Source: Candidatus Marinacidobacterales bacterium
Lineage (GTDB): Bacteria > Acidobacteriota > Vicinamibacteria > Marinacidobacterales > DATDRI01
Direction: 5' to 3'
NCBI GenBank assembly: GCA_965226495.1
Contig: OZ245365.1
Location: 4,096,001 to 4,160,000 of the forward strand
Length of the DNA stretch: 64,000 bases
The position numbers were made by a program, and so were the translations under genes. The notes beneath the pieces were generated by a model. The model saw only the letters and a list, made by a program, of their open reading frames with translations, made no database searches and was not told the origin of the DNA. Below, in pieces: positions 58,013 through 64,000 of the stretch (position 1 is its first letter; each line of letters begins with the position of its first letter).

Positions 58013-59010
58013 CGATCGAGGGCGTGGTAGGCGGCGCCGATGAGCGGAGCTCGAGGATTCAGCGCCACACGAACGCACATGCTTTCGACCAGCTCCGTGA
58101 AGCGCCCTTTGTCTCGATAGCCGTCCATGAAATGTCCCGCCGAAAACGCTGGGAGGATCTTGGGGGCGATTCCCCCACCGATGAAAACGCCTCCCATGGC
58201 GATGCACTTGAGGGCCAAATTGGAAGCTTCCGCCCCATAAATGTTGGAGAACAACTGGAGGGTTCGGACGCTCAAAGGATCTTCGTCTTCGAGGCCGGCC
58301 TGGCTGACAACCGCGCTCGGATTGCCGGCCTCGAGCCTCTCGGTCATCCAATCCGGCTCGGGGGCGAAGCCCGAGTCCCGAAGAAAGCTATAGACATTGA
58401 AGAAACCTGGCCCGGAGAGCACGCGCTCATAGCTGACGTGGCCGTCATACTTATCACGCAGATACTTTAGGAGCTCGATCTCCTCGTCGGTTCGCGGGGC
58501 AAAGTCGGCGTGCCCACCCTCCGAAGCGATGACGTGGTGCCGCCTTCCGTCCCAAAACAGCATCGCTTCACCGAGGCCGGTGCCAGCCGAGACCACCGCG
58601 ACGTTGCCTTTCCGTCCAGGGCTCGTGCCATGGTTTAGTTCATGAAGTTCATCATCCCTCAGATGCAGCATCCCATATGCGGCTGCTTCCAGATCGTTGA
58701 TGAGCCTAGTACGGGGGACCCCCAGCGTCTTCGCTATGTCTTTTTCGTCGAGGTGCCACGGCAGGTTGGTCGGGTCGCTCTTTCCATCGATCACCGCCCC
58801 CGCGATTCCGAAACACGCGGCCTGGATGGACGGCGTCTTTTCCTCCCGAAGAAATTTTTCGAGTATCTCGTCGAGGGCCTCGTGTTCCTGGCTCGGGAAA
58901 ACCGATTCGCGCACGACCCGTAGAGCATCGCCTGTGTTTTCTAAGAGGGTGACAACCGTCTTCGTCCCGCCGATGTCGCCCGCGAGAATGTGGCCGTACT
59001 CCTTGGTCAT
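58009..59010 (-). CDS. glk: Glucokinase
   Basis: [27 protein letters not shown] and ERVLSGPG motifs. Confidence 0.95.
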   Translation of the reverse strand: MTKEYGHILAGDIGGTKTVVTLLENTGDALRVVRESVFPSQEHEALDEILEKFLREEKTPSIQAACFGIAGAVIDGKSDPTNLPWHLDEKDIAKTLGVPRTRLINDLEAAAYGMLHLRDDELHELNHGTSPGRKGNVAVVSAGTGLGEAMLFWDGRRHHVIASEGGHADFAPRTDEEIELLKYLRDKYDGHVSYERVLSGPGFFNVYSFLRDSGFAPEPDWMTERLEAGNPSAVVSQAGLEDEDPLSVRTLQLFSNIYGAEASNLALKCIAMGGVFIGGGIAPKILPAFSAGHFMDGYRDKGRFTELVESMCVRVALNPRAPLIGAAYHALDR

Positions 59011-59708
59011 CCCGAGCGCGAATCCTGGACGCTGTCGCGCAACCGATCCATCGCAGCCCGAACGCCATCTTTGGCGCCGAAGACTGCAGATCCCGCGACG
59101 AGGACGCGCGCACCGGCCGCGACCACTTGGGGTGCGCTGGCGGCGTCGATACCGCCGTCGACTTCTAGCTGACACTCCTGGTTCACTCTATCGATCATCT
59201 GACGAATCCGTTGAATCTTCGGAAGCGTACTGGCGATGAATTTCTGCCCGCCGAAACCCGGGTTCACCGTCATGACGAGTACCTGGTCGACATCCGGAAG
59301 AATCTCTTCGATGAACGCCGCCGGCGTTGCCGGATTCAAAACCACTCCCGCACCAATGCCCAACGACTTGATGTGACCAATGGTTCGATGGAGGTGGGTT
59401 GCGCCCTCTACGTGAACCAGTAGCGAGGTGGAGCCGGCCTCTGCGAAAGCCTCCACATATCGTTCGGGGTGATCGATCATCAAGTGCGTTTCCAAAGGAA
59501 GCTTCGTTACTCGTTGGAGGGCCCGAACGACCAGGGGGCCGATCGTGATGTTCGGAACGAAGTGGCCGTCCATCACATCGACATGGATCCGATCGGCGCC
59601 CGCCGACTCCGCCTCTTCGACCTGCTCACCAAGGCGAGTAAAATCGGCCGAGAGGATAGACGGAGCTAGCCTGACAGTCGCATCACCCACGTTGTCGCTC
59701 TTCGACAT
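59007..59708 (-). CDS. rpe: Ribulose-phosphate 3-epimerase
   Basis: [31 protein letters not shown] and VDGG motifs. Confidence 0.96.
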   Translation of the reverse strand: MSKSDNVGDATVRLAPSILSADFTRLGEQVEEAESAGADRIHVDVMDGHFVPNITIGPLVVRALQRVTKLPLETHLMIDHPERYVEAFAEAGSTSLLVHVEGATHLHRTIGHIKSLGIGAGVVLNPATPAAFIEEILPDVDQVLVMTVNPGFGGQKFIASTLPKIQRIRQMIDRVNQECQLEVDGGIDAASAPQVVAAGARVLVAGSAVFGAKDGVRAAMDRLRDSVQDSRSG

Positions 59709-60342
59709 CGTCACCTCTTTGGAACAGAACAGTATGGGCCATCCCTAGAAAGAGCCCGCTTCCAACAACACCCGGGATAAAAAGGATCTCCCGCTCTAGC
59801 TCGGCAGGGTTCGCTATCGGACCAACACCGCAATCGAGGATGCAATTCCCATTGTCGGTCTTGAACGCCTTTCCGTCTTTCGTTCGTAGCTCGGGTGCCA
59901 AACCCAATGCTTCGAGTCGCCGACGCGCCAGGCTCATGCCGAACGAGACGATCTCGACCGGAAGGCGGCCGCGTTCGCCGAGCACTTTAACTTCTTTCTC
60001 GACGCCGACCAAAATCACGAGGCGCTTGCTCGACGCGGCTACGATCTTCTCGCGCACCAGGGCACCCCCATAGCCCTTGATGAGGTCGAGCTGCGGATCG
60101 ACCTCGTCGGCACCATCAACGGTGAGATCGAGCTCGCCCGCCTCTTCGAGGGTTACCAGCGGGATCCCGAACTCGGTGGCTAAATCCGCTGTCGCCTGTG
60201 AGGTCGGAACGCCGGTGATGCGCAGGCCGTTTTGGACGCGCTCACCGAGACTACGGACGAACGCCGTTGCGACCCTTCCCGTACCGAGCCCTAGGACATT
60301 GCCTTCTTCTACCGTATCCAGTGCGCGTTCAGCGTTGGTCAT
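59683..60342 (-). CDS. rpiA: Ribose-5-phosphate isomerase A
   Basis: GLGTG, DGADEVD and [13 protein letters not shown] motifs. Confidence 0.95.
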   Translation of the reverse strand: MTNAERALDTVEEGNVLGLGTGRVATAFVRSLGERVQNGLRITGVPTSQATADLATEFGIPLVTLEEAGELDLTVDGADEVDPQLDLIKGYGGALVREKIVAASSKRLVILVGVEKEVKVLGERGRLPVEIVSFGMSLARRRLEALGLAPELRTKDGKAFKTDNGNCILDCGVGPIANPAELEREILFIPGVVGSGLFLGMAHTVLFQRGDDVEERQRG

Positions 60343-60362
60343 CTAGTTCTTTCAGTCAGGAA

Positions 60363-63248
60363 CTACAGAACGTCCTGAACAATTCCCCTTAATTTGGCCA
60401 AGTTGCGTTTCACTTCTGGGCCCAGATGCACGCGTAGAACACGACGTCCACGCTCCACCAGAACTTCGAAATCCCCCTGCGCCTGAAAGCGCGTCAGGAT
60501 CCCGAAGGAGTATTTCTGTCCAGGGATCGATAGATCATCGGCGTCCTCGGATGTAATCTGGAGAAAGACCCCACTATTGGGGCCGCCCTTGTGCAATTGA
60601 CCGGTGGAATGGAGAAAACGCGGCCCGTACCCGAGAGTCGTCGCCACCTTCTTCGTGGACCGTACCGAGCGTCGGATGGCGTTCAGCTCCTTCTGGTTCT
60701 CCTCGTTCATCTCCACGTAGGCGTTGATGGCGAAGTAGTCGCCAGCTCCCAGGCGGCCGAGGTGGGCCCTCAGGTATTCTGTGAGATCCTTCGACTTGGC
60801 CGACGACGCGATCGCCTCTGCATTGCGAGCGTCGGCAAACAGGCTCAGATCGCCATCGGCGAGAAGCGGCGTTTCCGAAGGTAACTCGCCGGTCTCCTCG
60901 TAAGCGGCGGTCAGCTTCCGCGTCGCGACCTTGCTCGCTTCCACGTCCGGTTGGTTGAAAGGGTTGATTTCCAGGACCGAACCCGCGGCTGCGGTGGCGA
61001 CCTCCCAGCGGAAAAACTCCTGCCCTAGATCCATGCTCTCCACCAGTGTGATTCTCACCACTGGATGACCCGCAAGCTGGAGGGCCTCGGCAGCAACGTC
61101 TTGCTCCTTGGAAGGAGCGGGAGCGAGTCGGAGATGCACGAACACTCTGTCATCTCCGTAGGCCTCGGGAGGGCCTATCGGCTCGTTATCGATGGGTATG
61201 AGCCCCTTCCCTTCCTTACCGGTCGACTCTGCCAGCAGCTGCTCGAGCCATGCACCCAGCGACTCGATTCCGGGGGACGCGATGATCGTCACCTTGTCGC
61301 GCCCCCGCTTGGCCAGGGTGCCGAGGATGATGCCCAACTCGACGCCGGGGTTGACCTCCGGCGGCACAACCGATGCACAGGATTGCACCATGATCTCGGC
61401 GTTGTCCAAAAATCTCGGAACGTCCACGCCCATCACCGCAGCCGGCACCATACCAAAATGGGACATCACCGAGTACCGGCCGCCAATGGTCGGCACGCCG
61501 TGGGCGATGTGCCGAAAGTGTTCCGCTTTGGCCAGGCGGTGCAGCTTGGTCCCCGGGTCGGTGATGGCGATGAAGTGCGAGCCAGCTCTTTCCGGACCAA
61601 CCACCCGCTCGACCTTGTCGAAGAAGTACTGCTTGAAAACGTTGGGCTCGGTCGTACTTCCGGATTTCGACGACACGATGAAAAGCGTTTTCGCGGGATC
61701 CACCTTCTTCTCGAATGCCCTGACCTGGGCCGGTACCGTCGAATCGAGAACGAGCAGTTCCGGAAAACCATCCACGATACCAAAGGTGCGCCGCATCACC
61801 TCGGGCCCTAGACTGGATCCGCCCATTCCCAAGAGGAGGATGTGCGCGAAACCGCCCGACTGGACATCCTCGACGATGGCCCGTATGTGCTCGGGATGAT
61901 CGAGCTGGCCGCTCACGATGTGCAACCAACCCAGCCATTGATCCTCATCGGTGCCGGACCAAAGCGACGTGTCCCCCCGCCAGAGCCGTCTTACCTTCCC
62001 ACTGGTTCGCCAGTCGGTCAGAGTCTCCTGAACATCCCCCTCTGCTTCCCCAAGGAAGTAGGATTGCTTGGCCAGCTCGCCTGCTAATAGAGACTGTCGT
62101 TTCCGTTCTACCGCGGCGAGAAGCTTGTCGAAAGCGTCCGAGAATTTCTTCACTCCATCGGCGAGCAGATGGTCGGTTACATCCTTCATCGAGATGCCGA
62201 CGTCGGCGAGGGTGACCATCGTTTCCTCCGCTTGCTCGATGTTCTCCGCCCAGTTCTCGGTTAGACTCGGGCGCACGCGGCCTTTGGATCGGAACGCCAA
62301 ATAAGTCTCGGTGGGCACGGTGTTCACGGTGTCTTCGCCGATCAGTTCATCGACGTAAAGAGTCTTGGGATACTTCGGGTTCTTGGTGCTGGTGCTTGCC
62401 CACAAGAGCCTTTGTGTCTTGGCCCCTTTGTCGGCCAGCGTCTTCCACGTCTTTGCGGAGTGAAGCTCTTTGTAGAGCGCATAGGCGACCTTCGCGTTGG
62501 CGATGGCCACCTTCCCAAGCAAGCTCTTCAACTTCTGGCGCCTTTTAGCATCCCTCGTAGCGTCGAGAGCCTCACAGAGCTTCTGGTCGATGAGCGAATC
62601 GATACGACTGACGAAGAAGCTAGCCACGCTCGACACGCGGGAGAGGTCGCCTCCCGACGAAGCGAGCATCTCGAGACCATCCATGTACGCTTTGGCCACC
62701 GCCGCATAGGACTCGACCGCGAAAAGCAACGTGACGTTGATGTTGATGCCCTCTCCAATGAGCTGCCTGATCGCGGGCACACCCTCGGGAGTCGCGGGGA
62801 CTTTAATCATCACGTTCGGCCGACCGATGGTCTTGTGCAGGCGGCGGGCTTCCTCGAGCGTACCTTCGGTGTCGTTGGCGAGGTAGGGCGACACCTCCAT
62901 GCTCACGAAGCCGTCGCGGCCCCCGGTTTGCTCGTAAACGCCGGCCAGGACGTCGGTGGCTAGTTGAATATCCTCGATGGCCAAACCTTCATAAACGCTC
63001 TTGGCGTCCCCGGCATCTTGCGAGACTAGCTTCTTGGTCGCGGCGTCGTAGTCGGTGCTGCCCGCCAGAGCCTTTTCGAAGATGGAGGGGTTCGACGTCA
63101 CGCCCAACAAGCCGTCTCCCTCCACCATCTCCTTGAGCTCGCCGGAAGTAATGAGGCCGCGGCGAATATTGTCGTACCAGATGCTCTGGCCGAATTTCTG
63201 AACGTCGTGAATCAGATTGGACACGTTGCCAGCCTCGAATCTTTCCAT
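60363..63248 (-). CDS. tal: Bifunctional transaldolase / glucose-6-phosphate isomerase
   Basis: GVTSNPSIF, MIKVPAT and LWASTSTK, then GMGGSSLG, SKSGSTTE, GGRYS and NQPDVE. Confidence 0.93.
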   Translation of the reverse strand: MERFEAGNVSNLIHDVQKFGQSIWYDNIRRGLITSGELKEMVEGDGLLGVTSNPSIFEKALAGSTDYDAATKKLVSQDAGDAKSVYEGLAIEDIQLATDVLAGVYEQTGGRDGFVSMEVSPYLANDTEGTLEEARRLHKTIGRPNVMIKVPATPEGVPAIRQLIGEGININVTLLFAVESYAAVAKAYMDGLEMLASSGGDLSRVSSVASFFVSRIDSLIDQKLCEALDATRDAKRRQKLKSLLGKVAIANAKVAYALYKELHSAKTWKTLADKGAKTQRLLWASTSTKNPKYPKTLYVDELIGEDTVNTVPTETYLAFRSKGRVRPSLTENWAENIEQAEETMVTLADVGISMKDVTDHLLADGVKKFSDAFDKLLAAVERKRQSLLAGELAKQSYFLGEAEGDVQETLTDWRTSGKVRRLWRGDTSLWSGTDEDQWLGWLHIVSGQLDHPEHIRAIVEDVQSGGFAHILLLGMGGSSLGPEVMRRTFGIVDGFPELLVLDSTVPAQVRAFEKKVDPAKTLFIVSSKSGSTTEPNVFKQYFFDKVERVVGPERAGSHFIAITDPGTKLHRLAKAEHFRHIAHGVPTIGGRYSVMSHFGMVPAAVMGVDVPRFLDNAEIMVQSCASVVPPEVNPGVELGIILGTLAKRGRDKVTIIASPGIESLGAWLEQLLAESTGKEGKGLIPIDNEPIGPPEAYGDDRVFVHLRLAPAPSKEQDVAAEALQLAGHPVVRITLVESMDLGQEFFRWEVATAAAGSVLEINPFNQPDVEASKVATRKLTAAYEETGELPSETPLLADGDLSLFADARNAEAIASSAKSKDLTEYLRAHLGRLGAGDYFAINAYVEMNEENQKELNAIRRSVRSTKKVATTLGYGPRFLHSTGQLHKGGPNSGVFLQITSEDADDLSIPGQKYSFGILTRFQAQGDFEVLVERGRRVLRVHLGPEVKRNLAKLRGIVQDVL

Positions 63249-63324
63249 TGAGAATTGTAGAGTGTAAACCGTTCCTCGTTCCCCGTCAGATGTAACCCAT
63301 TAGCAAGCGCCAGGCAAGATGGCC

Positions 63325-63343
63325 CGCCGGGGCCCCACCCCCA
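63325..63343 (-). repeat. Truncated single GGGGGTGGGGCCCC repeat directly after a TAG stop
   Basis: Minus strand reads TAG-TGGGGGTGGGGCCCCGGCG. Confidence 0.6.
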
Positions 63344-64000
63344 CTACTTGGTCTCGAGAATCAATTGGTTTCCGTCGATGCGAAAACGATCATAGTCCGG
63401 AAGGGCGACTGATTCATCCGTCCCAGATAGAACGACAAACTGCAAGAGCCTTTCCAGCCGGGTGCTGAACTGTTCGATCCGGAAGTCGCCGAAGCCCGCC
63501 TCTGCAAGGGCTCGCTCGACGTCACCGATCCCTCCCAGCTGCGAAATGATGTCGTCCCGCTGGGCTCGATTCCAACCCCTTAGGTACTCCCCGAAGCCGT
63601 TCCGGGCAAACGCTTCCAGTGCGTCCTCGCGATGGCCCAGCCATTCCAGGGCGGTCGGCGTGACATCTAACACGGTCGGGTAGTGGAGTCCCTTGTCATC
63701 CGGCAGTAGTTCGCCCTCGGGCGTCGTCCGGTAGCGGGAGCGTGCATAAAGAGGACCCGAGCCCACGCCCGGCCCGGAAACCAGCATCAGAGTCTGTTTC
63801 TCAGCGCGGTGAATTCCACCGTGTCCCCCACCATTGCTACCGAAGTTCCAGTTTTCCCGATGCAAGACGAGCAGATCGCCGATGGCCGGGTTGTCGGAGT
63901 ACAGGTAAGACCCGATGCCTGCTACCGCGTTACGATAGTAGTGGCCGCTGTTCGGTGCGGCGCTCCGATCGTTCCACTCGTTATACGTGCCCACCGTTCC
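63344..64000 (-). CDS. Alkaline-phosphatase-superfamily protein, C-terminal part (5'-partial)
   Basis: GDLLV...GGHGG...LVSGPGV...DVTPT motifs; the frame runs off the window edge. Confidence 0.65.
   Translation of the reverse strand, partial: GTVGTYNEWNDRSAAPNSGHYYRNAVAGIGSYLYSDNPAIGDLLVLHRENWNFGSNGGGHGGIHRAEKQTLMLVSGPGVGSGPLYARSRYRTTPEGELLPDDKGLHYPTVLDVTPTALEWLGHREDALEAFARNGFGEYLRGWNRAQRDDIISQLGGIGDVERALAEAGFGDFRIEQFSTRLERLLQFVVLSGTDESVALPDYDRFRIDGNQLILETK

Noticed and set aside
58013-58351. Long N-terminal extension of the glycerate kinase (similar extensions on glk, the hydrolase, YiiX and HEAT-PPIase ORFs)
   Set aside because: They overlap neighbouring genes; downstream starts (coupled, RBS-preceded or non-overlapping) fit better.

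Overview
GC-rich bacterial window of mostly housekeeping and envelope genes. Gene content and GGGGTGGGGCCCC repeats suggest an Acidobacteriota (Vicinamibacteria-like) genome; this is inference only. From left to right: a visibly lower-GC segment with a partial HipA-family kinase toxin and an uncharacterised, possibly RlmJ-like protein; a minus-strand amine/GABA-catabolism cluster (amidohydrolase, gabT, GNAT, 5'-truncated aldehyde dehydrogenase) interleaved with two GT-C glycosyltransferases; then a DNA glycosylase, pepP, trmL, a methylmalonyl-CoA mutase subunit, DinB, peptide ABC ATPases, YiiX-like, MDP-1, UDG, an M28 peptidase, rnhB, a flavoprotein-DedA pair, YceI, PEBP (with a perfect 130-bp 3' duplication), YccA, redoxin-2OG oxygenase, a membrane spermidine-synthase-like protein and an M20 amidohydrolase. 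These are followed by an unusual four-gene His-rich ABC module, surE, two cyclophilins, UbiD, metF, an Omp85 barrel plus an exported kinase-like protein, an octaheme-TPR lipoprotein, a Cache-pLGIC fusion and a tal-pgi/rpiA/rpe/glk/glycerate kinase operon. No rRNA, tRNA, cas gene, integrase or transposase was recognised. The best candidates for undescribed systems are (1) the POTRA-less Omp85 plus exported kinase pair, (2) a family of intergenic elements with a covarying GGGGTGGGGCCCC hairpin inserted at (C)TAG stop codons, and (3) the ZnuA plus MacB-type ABC module. All family calls come from motif recognition by eye; no searches were run.
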